Numbered from the stretch's first letter, positions 1-16,790 are shown. The stretch is 64,000 nucleotides of DNA from the human T2T-CHM13v2.0 reference genome, Homo sapiens (GCF_009914755.1 NC_060940.1), one strand, 5' to 3'. Notes: generated by a model not told the origin, from the sequence alone. Made by a program: numbers and translations.

Positions 1-353
1 GACTTACAATGAGGTTGCATCTCAATAAACCCACTGTAACTTGAAAATATCTTAAGTAAAACTTGCTTTAATACACCTAACCTACTGAACATCATAGCTT
101 AGCCTAGCCTACCTTAAACATGCTTAGAACACTTACATTAGCCTAAGGTTGGGCAAAGTCATCTAAAATAAAGCCTGTTTTATAATAAAGTGTTGAATAT
201 CTCACATAATTCATTGAACATTGTACTGAAGGGGCAAACCAGAATGGTTGTATGGGTACTTGAAGTACAGTTTCTACTGAATGCACATTGTTTTTGCACC
301 ATTGTAAAGCTGAAAAATTGTAGATTTAACCAATGTAAGTTGGAGACCATCTG
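1..353 (+). mobile_element. MER47A-like TcMar-Tigger MITE (left end cut by window)
   Basis: Matches remembered MER47A consensus (ATACACCTAACCTAC..AACATCATAGCTTAGCCTAGCCTACCTTAAACA); ends in TIR-like ...AAGTTGGAGACCATCTG. Confidence 0.8.
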
Positions 354-423
354 TGTTTTGTTCCTCCTTAAAGCATACAAAAGTGTAGCCAAAGAGTGTT
401 TCAAAGCTGGATTACATAATGAA

Positions 424-740
424 TTATTATTATTTTTTTTTGAGATGAAGTCTCGCTTTGTTGCCCAGGCTGGAATACAGTGGCGTGAGCTCGCCTGACT
501 GCAACCTCCGTCTCCTGGGTTCAAGCGATTCTCCTGCCTCAGCCTCCCGAGTAGCTGGGATTACAGGCATGCCTGGAATTACAGGCACACGTCACCACAC
601 CCAGCTAATTTTTGTATTTCTAGTAGAGACAGGGTTTCGTCATGTTGGTCAGGCTGGTCTCAAACTCCTGACCTCAAATGATCTACCCGCCTTGGCCTCC
701 CAAAGTGCTGGGTTTACAGGTGTGAGCCACTGCACCTGGC
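424..740 (-). mobile_element. AluS
   Basis: Antisense full Alu with (TTA)/T tail; small internal duplication of CTGG(G/A)ATTACAGGCA at ~556-587. Confidence 0.95.
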
Positions 741-994
741 TGAAAATCCAGATTTTTGTCCAAGATTGCAGAATAAATTGCCTGGGACAAGTCAATGAGT
801 GAGGAGAGATAAGTCAATGGACTGAGAAGGGGTAAACTCAGTCTTGCATAAACAGAATACAGAGGGGATTTGGGTGGATGGGGAGCAGTGAGTGAATGGG
901 CAAAGATAGGACAAAACCAAGCCCACTTAAAGAACAATAATATTACAAAGGACAAAGTTGAGAATAAGAGGCAAAGGGAGGAAATTTAAAAAGC

Positions 995-1120
995 ACATTT
1001 TTGAGCACTGACTAGTGATGCTTTCCCTGCATAATCTCATTTAACCAGTTTAACAACCTTAAAAAGGAAGTAGTAGTGTTCTTATTTCATAGATGAGGAA
1101 ACTGAGGCTTGGAGACAGGA
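995..1120 (-). mobile_element. MIR fragment
   Basis: MIR core CATAGATGAGGAAACTGAGGCTT. Confidence 0.75.
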
Positions 1121-1224
1121 GAAATGTTCAGAGAAGACTGTTTCTAAAAGGGTATGTGGTTAGCTATATTCTAAACATTCTTGATACCTCCCCCAACCCC
1201 CCTGCCCTTGAATAGTCACTGTCT

Positions 1225-2306
<1,082 letters not shown>

Positions 2307-2409
2307 CTGCACCTAGGATTGCTGACAATTCTGGCTTTTGGGACTTTAGTGTCATTTTTCATTTACTTTCTTAAAGAGCAGTAAGTTTAAACTTATACTT
2401 TCACCTAGA

Positions 2410-3400
2410 AGACAGAAGAGTTTTTGAAGCAAAACCTTGAAGCTCGTGACGTGTGCCACGTAATGAATGGATGTCCACCCAATTCAAAGTCCCTGTGTTG
2501 TGATCTGACATGACCTCTGAGCTTGCCACAATGAACTTGACCACAAAGACACTGCGTGCACTGCCAACCACAACTAGCAATTGAGTAGCAAGCAGTGGTG
2601 TCAATCTTAAAAGCCTAAGATATTCTTAGATGCTTATTTTTATAATCAGTTTTATTATAGAGTTGCTAAAATGGGCCCAAACCATATGTCTCTCCATCGA
2701 GAAAAGTCAGCACTGACTGCATGAAACAAAACACTTGCAGAGACATTGAAAAGCCACTTGTTTGACTTTGGAAATAGAGCGCTAGTATTTTTTGCAACTC
2801 AAAAGACAAGCCTTGTCTTGGAGCAGTACAAGGAGAAGTGCAATCAAACCAATAGATAAAAAATCATTTGTCTCTTCATTCGAGGTCGGTTTAGAATCAC
2901 TATGAAAGGTATATGCAATAATAGAAAGCCTGGTGAAGCCCGGAGCTGCAGAAAAGGGTTGAAATTATTTTGGGTCAAAAAGAGGCAGCCAAGTTGAAAA
3001 AGGTGCCCTTATTGAGTGACACCATCAAATGGGTTCAAAAGACGTGCTTGAAAATTGGTGGAGAGTCCCAGAGGCAGCTAGTTCTTTACATTTTGATGAA
3101 AGGGGGAGACATCCATGACTTGGCTATTTTGCCATCTTTAAAATAATGAAGTCTAAGAAGGTATGCTGATTTTCCCAATGCTGAATGGTATAGCAGCTGG
3201 TGAATTTTCAATAAGATACACTTTTCTCCTGTTCTAGCAAGTTTTGATATTTGCCATTTGGTTCCAGAAACTTATTGTGTCTATGTTCCTAAAGCACTTT
3301 GACTCTGAGAGAGAGGACAAACTGAACCTGATATATGATGTTTGTGCCCCTTGACGGAGGCTGAATTTTCTGAACTTGAATGATCAATACAACAGTGTCT
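2410..3400 (+). mobile_element. hAT-Charlie/Buster transposase fossil, internally deleted
   Basis: Manual translation: SLVKPGA; VEIILGQKEAAKLKKVPLLSDTIK (2958-3029); SLHFDE (3083-3100); LPFGSRNLLC (3251-3280); DKLNLIYDV (3316-3342). These resemble ZBED5/ZBED8/FAM200-type motifs LVKP, VPLSDD, SLQLDE, PF.TTYLC, LNL..D. Frameshifts and stops present. Confidence 0.75.
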
Positions 3401-3489
3401 TGCTAAAAATTGTCTCGCAGAAAATTTTTCATTCATTTTTCTTGATGGCAAGTAATGTATTCCTTCATCAGAACAATTAAACATCTTTA

Positions 3490-4240
<751 letters not shown>

Positions 4241-4251
4241 TATGGGTAACC

Positions 4252-4617
4252 CTTGTGCCAGACCTGGAGATGAGCTGCTCAGATCCTCCTTAAACAAAGG
4301 CTCTCTGTCCAGCTGTGGGGAGTGAGGAGCTGATAGCCTTAACCTGGCAGCTCTTTCAGGGTCCCCTTAGCTGTTAAGTCATGGTCATGCTCTTCTTGGA
4401 GTGGCTCCCATCCAGTGACTGAGGGTACAAGGGCCTGACCATTTCTCTAACAGGCAATCTTTGCTGCCTTCTGAAATGGTGGTAGCTCTAAATTGTGCTC
4501 TAATGGCCCCTCCTGCCCAATCCTATCTCTTCTGCTTTTCTGGCAGAGGTGTTACTCCCTAATGAATCTTTTGCATTCTATCCGGGCATGCGCTTCTCGG
4601 AGAACCCAACCAACATG
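4252..4617 (+). mobile_element. LTR16A-family solo LTR (ERVL)
   Basis: GCTGCTCAGATCCTCCTT start; CCTCCTGCCCAATCCT..GGTGTTACTCCCTAAT..GGAGAACCCAACC end. Confidence 0.6.
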
Positions 4618-4803
4618 TACAGTATCTCATGTACACAGTCTTCTAAGGATTGACACTGAGGTTGCTTCTGGATTTTTGCAATTACAGATAGTGCTGGATA
4701 CAAATCTTTGCAAATATACCTTGCACGCATGCATGAGAATATCTGGAGAATAAATTCCTAGGGTCTAATTGTGGGTCTATTTAAATTTTGCATAAAAATT
4801 TGA

Positions 4804-5187
<384 letters not shown>

Positions 5188-5915
5188 TGAGAATTGTCTT
5201 CTCACACCCTTGTTAATAGAACTATTATCACATTTTAAAATGTTCTCAATTTTGTAGGTGAAAATATGTCATAGTAGTTTTAATTTGCTTTTATTTTATG
5301 ATGAGTGAGGTTGATTGTATTTTCAACTCCTTAAAAATGATGACAAGCAAATGAAAACTATTTCATACTAAAACAAGCAGAGAAGATAAACATTTGCCAT
5401 GGAATCTTGAGATAAAACACAATGCTTTAAAGAAATCCTCCGCTTGTAGAGGGCTACTTTGTGCTAAATTTCCATACATCTTTTGGCACAAATTCTCCTT
5501 CCTATTAAGAAAACTGTGATAGAAAAATTTGAGAAGTCCCGCATATTGATGTAAGATTTTCTTAAAGTACAGGAGGAAAGGTGTCTACCTGTATAAGGGA
5601 TTTCCTGAGTACTGAATCTATTAGGTTTGGACATTAAGCATGTCATAATTTAATATGTATAATGAGTTAAAATGATTTTTTTCGGGAGTTGTTGTGAGTT
5701 GGCAATTAGAATGTTTTAATTCCTACCATTGGTTACACTCTGTCAGGCTCCATGAGATAAAGGTAATGGCAGAAATAATTACGTTTCCTGTTTTCCCAAA
5801 TGAGTCTAAGGAGGAACCAGGGCAGGGAAGGCTAAGCTCCCATTTCAAATGTAACAGCTGTGAGTGCAAAGGACCAGTGGGGAATTTGTCCTGTCTGATG
5901 ACAGGGGCAAGTTGA

Positions 5916-6339
<424 letters not shown>

Positions 6340-6364
6340 TAGGAGCAGGAGACTTGGTGAGGTA

Positions 6365-6870
6365 TATTGATTAGACTAGAGGGTAGGCTGCTGTCACAAA
6401 GAAGCCCTAAAATGCAGTGCTTCAAAAATATGATTAGGACTTATGTTTTTCTCATGTTATAATCCAGGTGGGCCCAGGGTTGGATAGGTAGCTTGGTTCT
6501 GTGAACTCATCTAGGGACTTGGGTTCCTTCTGTCTTATTGCTTAGTCATCTCCTGGAGTTTGTTTTTATTCATGTGACTGAAGCTGACTCACCAGCATCA
6601 CATGCATGTTCTGGCTCATTGGAAGGGTGAAAGAGAGGAAGTGGAGGACCAGCAGTTCCCTTTTTAGGAAAGTGATGAAGATACTGACACATCACTTGCA
6701 CTCACATTCTGTTCATGAGAATTTAGTCACAAGGCCACATCCAGTTGCAAGGGAAGCTGAGAAGTGAGATCCCAGTAGGGTGACCACATGCCCTGTTAAA
6801 ACTCCATGGGAGGGTATAAATGGAAGAAGAGAGGATAAATTTTGGAGGACAATTAGCCATCGATGCCACA
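6365..6870 (-). mobile_element. MLT1K/L-like MaLR LTR
   Basis: GGTAGGCTGCTGTCACAAAG..ATTTAGTCACAAGGCCACATCCAGTTGCAAGGGAAGCTGAGAAGTG..TGCCACA. Confidence 0.6.
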
Positions 6871-7074
6871 TGGACTCAGAGCCTGGCAGAATTATGATCC
6901 AAGAAAGGCAATAGGTCTACGTCTATCATTAGCCACATCCATTCCAAACCTCCTGAACTGGCACCACAAGTGGGCAAGATAGTGGCAGGGGAGAAGGTAG
7001 CACCACTTTCTTCTTTGATCCTTCAAATAGGCCAGAATCTGTTATCAAGGGTGCCCAGTTAACTAACTTGGAAG

Positions 7075-7400
7075 CCATTCAGTCATTCGACAGATAATTA
7101 ATGGAGCATCTGCTATGTGTCTGGCATTGCCTAGGCACTGGGTGCAGGGATGTCCTTGTGGAGTTTCTAGGAGAGTGGAGGAGGTAGATGTTTAACAACA
7201 AAGAACTTTGCTAGATATATAATTACAAATTATGACAAATGCCATGAAGGAAAGAGTAGAGGATTCTGTGAAGAACTTGAGATATGGATTTCATTCATAT
7301 TAGAGATAGAGGGAGGTCTTGGAGGGAGTATTTAAGCTGAGATCTAAAAGATGTGCTGGAATTGGCTGGTGGATGATGAAAGGGAAATAATGGTCTAGGT
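7075..7400 (-). mobile_element. L2 3' end
   Basis: CATTCAGTCATTCGACAGATAATTAATGGAGCATCTGCTATGTG. Confidence 0.65.
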
Positions 7401-7404
7401 AGAC

Positions 7405-8048
<644 letters not shown>

Positions 8049-8140
8049 CAGAGGAATTAGAATAGTAAATGAGAAGAGAAAGAAATTGTGTGGCTGGAGA
8101 GAGAGGCAGCATAGTTTTTCTATAGACTTGTAGGCCTATA

Positions 8141-8660
8141 TGTATCAGAGAGCTATTGTTGCATATCAAATTCCCCCAAAAGGTAGTGACTTAAAACAAT
8201 AGTCCCTTATTACTTCATGATTTGGCAGGCTGGCAGTCTAGGCTAGACTCAGCTGGGAGGCGTTCTGGATCTAGGCTGAGCTCCCTTATGCATCTGGAGT
8301 CAGCTGTGGGTCAGCAGATGCCTCTGCTTCTGGGGTAGGCTGGTTGTTGGCTGGGGCACCTCAGCTCTCTTCCACATGGTCTCTCATCCTCCATTAGGCT
8401 AGCCCAGGCAGGATTGTTCACATGGTGGCAGGGTTCTAAGAGAAAGTTGCTGCATGCAAAGCCTCTTGAGACTCATGCTTAGAACTGTCACGCCATAATT
8501 TCTGCCACATCTATTGGCCAAAGCAAGTCCCATGGCCAGCCTAGATTCAAGGGGTGAGGAAATAGATTTTAACTCTTGATGGGAGGAGCTGCCAAGCCAC
8601 ATTGTAAAGGGGGCAAGATAGAGGGAGGGGTGAATTATCAAGGGCATTTTTGCAACCAGG
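8141..8660 (-). mobile_element. MLT1H-like MaLR LTR (copy 1 of local duplication)
   Basis: TGTATCAGAGAGCTATTG..CTATTGGCCAAAGCAAGTCCCATGGCCAGCCTAGATTCAAGGGG. Confidence 0.65.
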
Positions 8661-9262
8661 TAGGAAATTTGTGTGGTTGGAAGTCACAGGAGATTTTTAA
8701 GCAGGGACCAGCAATAACAGGGCACATAGCCAAGGTCATTTGTGCTGCACTGTGATGGAAACTTTCAAGAGCTTGTGTCTTACCTTGCCGTTGTGGTTAT
8801 GAGTTCTTAGGATGCAAAGTCTGCGATGTCCTTTCCCAAGGCTGGACACAGTGCCCATCTGCCAACTCAACTCCCTTGGTTGCAAACAAGAATTGAAAGC
8901 TCTGTTTTCAGCACCTCCAGGTTTGCCAGTGAGGTGTTGTTGAGGAGATTTCACACAGACAGCTTAACTTGTTTGGAGTTGTGAAGCTAATACCATCACC
9001 ACAAGCTGAGCTGTGAAGAATCCCAGACTTGTCTAAATTATAATTTGTTTGTTGGGCCTTAAGGGGGTCTGAAAAGCCTGTTCCAAATTCTTTCTCTCCA
9101 ACACAAAAGCATATTTACCCAAACTGGCATTTCCCCTTTTGAGCATGTTTTTTTTTCAATGATAGTGTTTTGCCAACTATGGTGTGCTGGTTGTTAAGCT
9201 ATTGTCTCTCGATGAACCCATGAACCCATCCTTCTAGACTTTTCTCTGCAGTAGCCTCTCTG

Positions 9263-9265
9263 CTT

Positions 9266-9296
<31 letters not shown>

Positions 9297-9566
9297 CTTT
9301 TTTTTGACAGAGTTTCGCTCTTTTTGCCCAGGCTGGAGTGCAATGGTGCGATCTTGGCTCACTGAAACCTCTGCCTCCCAGGTTCAAGTGATTCTCCTGC
9401 CTCAGCCTCCCAAGTAGCTGGGATTACAGGCATGCACCACCATGCCTGGCTAATTTTGTGTTTTTAGTAGGGACGAGGTTTCTCCATGTTGGTCAGGCTG
9501 GTCTCGAACTCCTGACCTCAGTTGATCCACCCGCCCTGGCCTCCCAAAGTGCTGGGATTACATGTG
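9263..9566 (-). mobile_element. AluS (Sp/Sq-like), 5' end truncated
   Basis: Antisense Alu with CT-rich tail; stops at GGGATTACATGTG. Confidence 0.9.
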
Positions 9567-10667
9567 ATAGTTTTTCTATAGCCTTGTAGGCCTATATGGA
9601 TCAGATAGCTATTGCTGCATACTGAATTCCCTTAAAGGTAGTGGCTTAAAACAATAGTCACTTATTAGTTCATGATTTGGCAGGTTGGCAATTTAGGCTA
9701 GACTCAGCTGGGAGGCATTTGTGTGACCTAGGCTGAGCTTCCTCATCTGCAGTCAGCTGTGGGTCAGCAGATGCCCGTGTGATGTTGGGGTGGTGCTCTG
9801 TGGAGCACCTTTTCCCGTCACCAGCCAGATGCTCTGTCATGAGGGAGACTGGAAGGAAGGAAGAAGGGGAAGGGACACCCTCCTTTTTGTTTGCTTGCTT
9901 TTCCAGTAGCATCTCTTCAGCAGTGATTCTTTACCCTGGCAAGGGTCATTGATTACAGAGGAAATTGTTCCAGTTTCCAGTTTCTTTCCCTACACTGCTA
10001 GAATCAGCCTCAGGAGCTCCCTTAGAGACACCAGCATTGTCAGGGGCCAACCCTCTCCTCATAGGGTCCCAGCTCCTGGTGGTTCCAAACTTCTAGGTTC
10101 TAATAACCCCATGCTCTTCCCTTTATTCCTTCAGGACAGTAACTGCTTTATGTAGTTCTTATCTCCTTGTTAACTCAAGGGTTCCCTTTTTTACTTTTTT
10201 AGTTCTCCCATACTGTTTAAAAAATTCTGATAAAATAAACTCATGCAGTTTCTGTTGTGTTGCCCAAACCTTGGCTGTTATATATAGTATATAAGATTAT
10301 TTTAAATGATACCCACTTGAGCACTCAAACAAAAATTTGAATGGGCATTTATTAGTATAATATATATTATGGAAAAATATAACGAATACACAAAACTCAT
10401 TAGTTCTTGAATATTATTGCTTAAGATTAAAACAATAAATTAAGAATGGGTTAACTTAAAGAACAATATTATGCAAATAGGACGAGTGGAACACAAGCAA
10501 AATAGCTGTGGGTGTAGGCTAGCTGCTGGCTGGGGCACTTCAGCTCTCCTCCACGTGGTCTCTCATCCTCCATTAGGCTAGCTTTCGTAGGCTTGTTCAC
10601 ATTGTAGTAGAAAGCATATGCATGCCGGAGAAAGCATATGCATGCAAGAAATTTTGAGAGTACGCTA
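9567..10667 (+). repeat. Degenerate duplicate of 8111-~8482, split by a ~730 bp insert
   Basis: 9567-9775 aligns to 8111-8322; 10514-10667 aligns to ~8335-8482. Confidence 0.8.
9779..10281 (+). mobile_element. LTR33-family LTR (ERVL)
   Basis: GGAGACTGGAAGGAAGGAAG; TTCTAATAACCCCATGCTCTTCCCTTT; end CCTTGGCTGTTATA. Confidence 0.55.
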
Positions 10668-12450
10668 GTGAGGTATGTCTACCCTGCCCATTACTGTAAT
10701 AAAATGACCTTTTAGAAGGAAAATCATCTTGATTCCAAAAAAGGATCCCGATAGAGAGATTAGAAAAGTCATAAATTCAGATTTCCTACGTTTCTTTACA
10801 TTCCCAGGTCCATATATGATGTCACCAGGGTTCCCAACGTAGCAGCCAACCGTGGTCATTCCCCAGCACCTGAACTCTATCCTATAGCTGACTGTTTGCT
10901 GGGTTTGAAGGCTGAACTTTACATATTCAGATCAACCAACAGTTGAGAGGGTTGGCTGCCATTTTGAAAGTCATATATAGAAAGAGCTGCACAAAAGCAA
11001 CCAGTGGAGTCTCCAAAGTTGGTGGCCCAGATATTTGTGTTTCATCATCATGGTGTTGCTGAGCTCTGAGTTGCTTTCTGGGTGGCAGTCTGGAGGTCAA
11101 ATACCACACCTGGGAAGACTGTGTAGCGAGGTCGGAGAGGGAGTTGGGGAGGCTTGAGGAGCCACTCAAATATCTTACCTGTAGCTGACAAGGCACAACC
11201 CGTAATGACATCCTGTTCTCAGAACTCTAATGCTATCTTGTTTTTTGCTTTCGTGACAAGGAGTTGAGGTAGTTATTTTTGTTCCAAGCAACTCCAGATG
11301 GGTGAAAGTCAACCCACACAGTCTGGAAAGGATACTAATCCTTCAAATCAGAGACTTCACAAGAAGCACAGAGGTGGCCAGGCCTAATGAGGTTACCCCA
11401 GTGGAAACTGTGAACCCAAAATGTGACTTCTGGATTATGTGCAAATGAGTAGAAAAGTGCAGCCCACTAAGTGGGGACCTGGCATTAGACAGTTGTCTCT
11501 GGAAACACTTCAGCAAAGGCTAAGTGGGGAACGTGTCCCTCCATGACTGACACTCAGTGTCATAGCTTTAATTTTATTTCACTTCTGAGAGGAAAGTTGA
11601 CATAGGTGAGCTACAGATGGAAAGGAAGGGGATATGAAGAACGATTTCTCTTTTACCTAAATGTGACAGCAAAAATTTTTCAATTTATACATTCAGTCCT
11701 TCACAGAGACTTCTTAATCTTCAGAGAGATTGTGATGTGCTGAAATTTTCTGGTTGAATGTTTTTCTTTAGGATTGGTGGTTCAGAGATAGAGGCAAAAG
11801 CAATTGAGAACCACAATTTTTCTAAGATAGCTAACAGTTCCACTTGAAATGATCAATATGATATAGAAAAAAATGGTTCTTTGGTTTCTGCATTGATTTT
11901 AATCTTTTTGGAATTTTTTTATACACAGTGTCTTAAAAAGGACCAGGTTTGCTATTTATTGATAGATCTTCCTGAATGTCTCATCACCAAAACTTTTTTT
12001 AAAACATTGTTTCCTTAATCACTAAAGTTTGCCAAGTGTAGGAATGAAGTGTATCAAGGCAACTTGCTTGTTCTTGATTTCTGAATTATTTTTGACTTGT
12101 TCCTTTTCTCTGCCTATATCCAATCACTTCCCAAGCCCCACACACTGGGGCCATTCACTCATTCATTCATTCAACAAATATTTATTGAGCACCCGATATG
12201 TGCAACCTTCTTCCTCAACCTGGAGATATTTATCCTCAAAATTTTCATTCAGTGCTTTTTATTGTGGACCCTTAGCATCTGGTGACATGAGGTATCTGCC
12301 ATTGGCCCAGAAAGTGTTCTGACATCTTTGGCATCACAAGCATCACTTAGATTAGTTTATTGCCTCTCTTGTGTCTAGGCATAAGTATGATAATGATCAG
12401 GTTTGCATATATCCATCAATTTAAATAGAGAAATAAATATAACAGAGACA

Positions 12451-12737
<287 letters not shown>

Positions 12738-12781
12738 ATGACAGTAATCTCTGTTTATTAAACACATAATGTGCCAGGTAC

Positions 12782-13214
12782 TATTGTGGTCACCCTGCAA
12801 AGACATGGACCCCACCACCCAAAATTTGTTTTAGATGTCAAGACTGATGATACACCACATGCACCAAGAGGGTAGGAAAAGGTTTATTGCTCATATAATG
12901 AAGCTTTCTGAGAGAGCAGGGCAGATTCCCAAGCAGGTCCAAAAATGGCTTCAGAAAACCAGGCAAGGAAACTCCCTTAGCATTTATGGTGGTTAGGGAT
13001 GGGGATGGGGATGGGGATGCGATGGGGATGGGGATGAAATGTGGGTCTGGTGGGAGGGCTAGGGCTTGTTGGGTATGAATTTCCAGCTGGTGCCAGAGGA
13101 GAGAGCAGCAGGCTTTCTTAGCTTGCCCAGATGTGGGGCAGAGGGGGAGAGGGAGGGTGGAAGATGTTAGCAGTCCCATATCAAAAGTGGAGGCAGACTG
13201 TTTTTCCCTCTACA
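12782..13214 (-). mobile_element. LTR47-family LTR (putative 3' LTR)
   Basis: TTGTGGTCACCCTGCA..AGGTTTATTGCTCATATAATGAAGCTTTCTG..CAAGCAGGTCCAAAAATGGCTT..CTTGCCCAGATGTGGGGCA..TACA. Confidence 0.75.
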
Positions 13215-14065
<851 letters not shown>

Positions 14066-14928
14066 GCAGGCCTTTCATTGCAATTCGCCCTTGATATTTG
14101 ACTGATGACTAAAAACGTGCCATGTTTCAGTTAATTGAGTTTGAACTGGTTTAATTAAGCCATTATGGTTCTCTATGAGGCTTGTGTCCTGAGGCTGGTA
14201 AGGAAATTGAAAGTCCCATTGAATGACTCATTCCAGAGCCCAGCATTATGTCTGTTGAGAAGTGAAATGCGTGCTTTGTTCAGAACACAAAATGATATAA
14301 GAAGTGTCTTAGGGAGGCTTTGTACTGTGGTTTTTGTAGGTACAGAGACATGTGTGACCTTGATTTATATGTTGGATATCTATGAGGCAAGAGATTCGTG
14401 GAGTTCTGTACTCCAAAGGCAGAAACTCTGGGTAAGAAATTGTTGTTCCTGCCATTGGCAAGACTAGAAGGCCAGATGATTGGCAGTGGTCCATGAGTCT
14501 GTAAAGGTGTGTGGACGGGCTGATTATTAGCCAAGGCATCCTGGGCTAAGATTACTTCCTGAAGTTCCGCCAATTGTGTTAACCTTTGGATCCTCTCCTT
14601 TTTCAAGAATGTCCTGGTTAGGGATGGAATGCAGCAGCTTTCTAGCAAGCCCCATCACATTGAATGTGGTTAAGATCTCGCCCACAAAGATTGTGTGCAA
14701 TGGCAAGGCTGTTGAGTGCTCCAGCAAAGGTATATTGTATCCCTCTGAAGGTGAAGACAAAGTGCAGCTAAGAGACTGTAAAAATAGGCATTGAACATAA
14801 GAGATTTAGCTAAATCTACGACTGCAGGGTATTTACAAGTTGCTGATTTGATGAAGTCAATAGTTTACTAATATTGGGTATGAGAACCTCAATGGGTAAG
14901 GCATTGTGACATTAAGATTACGGTATCA

Positions 14929-15230
14929 GCCAGGTGCAATGGTGCACACCTGTAATCCCAGCACTTTGGGAGGCCAAGGTGAAAGGATTGCTTGAGACCA
15001 AGAGTTTGAGACTCACCTGGGCAATATGGTGAGATCCTGTCCCTATAAAAAATAAAAAAAAAATTAGCTGGGTGTGGTGGTACACAGCTGTAGTCCCAGC
15101 TACTCTGTAGGCTGAGGCAGGAGGATTGCTTGAGTCCAGAAGTTTGAGGCTGCAGTGAGCTGTGATAGCGCCACTGCACTATAGTCACTCTGAGTGACAG
15201 ACAGACCTTGTCTCAAAAAAAGAAAAGAAG
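14929..15230 (+). mobile_element. AluJ inside the ERV RT domain
   Basis: Degenerate TSD AAGATTACGGTATC / AAGACTTCAGTATC. Confidence 0.9.
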
Positions 15231-15396
15231 ACTTCAGTATCTATAGTGAGGCACTATTCTTTCCTTCCAAGGTAAAAGAGGTCAAATTGAGCTATTAAAT
15301 GGAGAAGTAGTGGGAATAATCACTCCCTTTTCAAAACGGACCTTGCATAATGAGTTTCAATCTTAAATGCCTTGTTTTGATTTATATTAGATCTTA

Positions 15397-15452
15397 TTAA
15401 ATATTCTAACTAGGGTCAGGGACGTCTTAAATATTCTAACTAGGGTCAGGGA
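15397..15452. repeat. Perfect 26-bp direct duplication
   Basis: TTAAATATTCTAACTAGGGTCAGGGA x2, spacer CGTC. Confidence 0.95.
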
Positions 15453-16790
15453 GGTCCAGGGGGTCACATTTTGTGTTAAGCCCATTGTAAGTGTCAAAAA
15501 CCTAATTTAACTTTAAGTTATCACACTTTGGGTTAGAGCATCCCTGCCCACTATGAGATATTTTGGGGCCATGGGCATTTTAACTAGGCGGAGTTTAGGT
15601 AAGGCAATATGTCTGGTGGTTAAGGAGAGGCATACCTATTTGTCTTCCATTTATGTTCAGTAACTCTCCCAAGATTATAGGGGGTACCTTGTTTAAATTT
15701 AGTGGGATCCCAGGTATGACCATAATTTCAGCCCCCGTGTTGATGAAGGCCATTAAAATTTGCCAACGGGTACATCTCAGTAGATTTTGAAGTTAATTCA
15801 CAATCTATGCTGCAGAGCTGTAAAGGCCAATCTTTTATCTTTTTGTTGTATACATTCTTTTGGTGCATCTTGGATTTCCAGTTGGGTCAAATTGAGGACT
15901 TCTGTTTCTGTTTTGTAGTTGTTGTTGTTGTTGTTTCCTCTGGCTCTGGCATCCGGGTGTTATTATTGTTATTGTTTTTTGATGGTTACTGGATATACTT
16001 CAGGGAGTGGGTGTTCTCTACCTTGCTTATATTTAGAAATTTCACCTCAAAGAGCCTGAAATTAATACAGTCCGAATTAGGGGCCTGCCTTTTAGAAATG
16101 GTTGCTTTATTGGGTTTAAGGACCCAGGGTTTAAGTTGTGTTTGAATTAACCCTTTGGCTATGTCACCAGGGTGCTAAGTGTATTTTTTTCCGTATAACT
16201 CTCAGGATTGAGAACTTTGTTGTGAGAAACACATAAGCAGCAGCGGCAGCAGCAAAACCATTCTGTAGGGTCCTAGTGAGTCACCTGTTTTTAGGAGTAT
16301 GACTTCAGCATATACTTCCATGCAAGGACCACTCAATGGCATGCATATTGCATAGGGTATCCGTCTTTTCCCAAGCACTCTATAAAATGGGGACTAAAGT
16401 CCTGTTGAGACATACAACGAATGGTAACAGAGTAAGAGTCATTCCCCTGAGCCTAGTGGCAGTCATGGCTTATGCTGGAATTGAGACACACAAAGGAGTC
16501 CAGACACATGATCCAAGGTCACTTTAAGGAGGGCCCCAATCCCATGCTCCTGTTTCTAAATGCCAATTAGTGAAATTTCTGATTTAGGTTGGTTAAGTAT
16601 ATAACAGAGGCTTGAAAGCTCAGCAAATTCAGCAGAAAGCAGCTCAGCTCAAAGAGCAAGTCAGCCTGCCGGCAGCGGCACAACTCAAAGCGCATGCAAG
16701 CCAGCAGGCAGCAGGGCCTGTTCACAAGTCAAAGCCAAAGAAGAATGACCCCCGGTGGTGGTGGTCATTGCCTAGGCATACTGCTCACAG

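Larger units (their letters stand above)
14066..16790 (-). mobile_element. ERVL-class internal region, decayed pro-pol (ERVL47-int-like)
   Basis: Minus-strand motifs: protease FINTGAEIMVIPG (~15710-15747) and IVGRDAL (~15535-15555); RT GVIIPTTSPFNS (15291-15327), VVDLA (14808-14822), FTFRGIQYTF, AHNLCGRDL; RNase H QLAELQEV and FTDSWTTAN (~14480-14505); integrase SEQSTHFT and SLIENHNGLIK (14150-14182). Confidence 0.85.

Noticed and set aside
16540-16570. TGGCA..AACAGGA PBS-like motif on the minus strand
   Set aside because: It lies ~225 bp from the LTR, and a PBS should abut it. The abutting sequence is too decayed to assign a tRNA.
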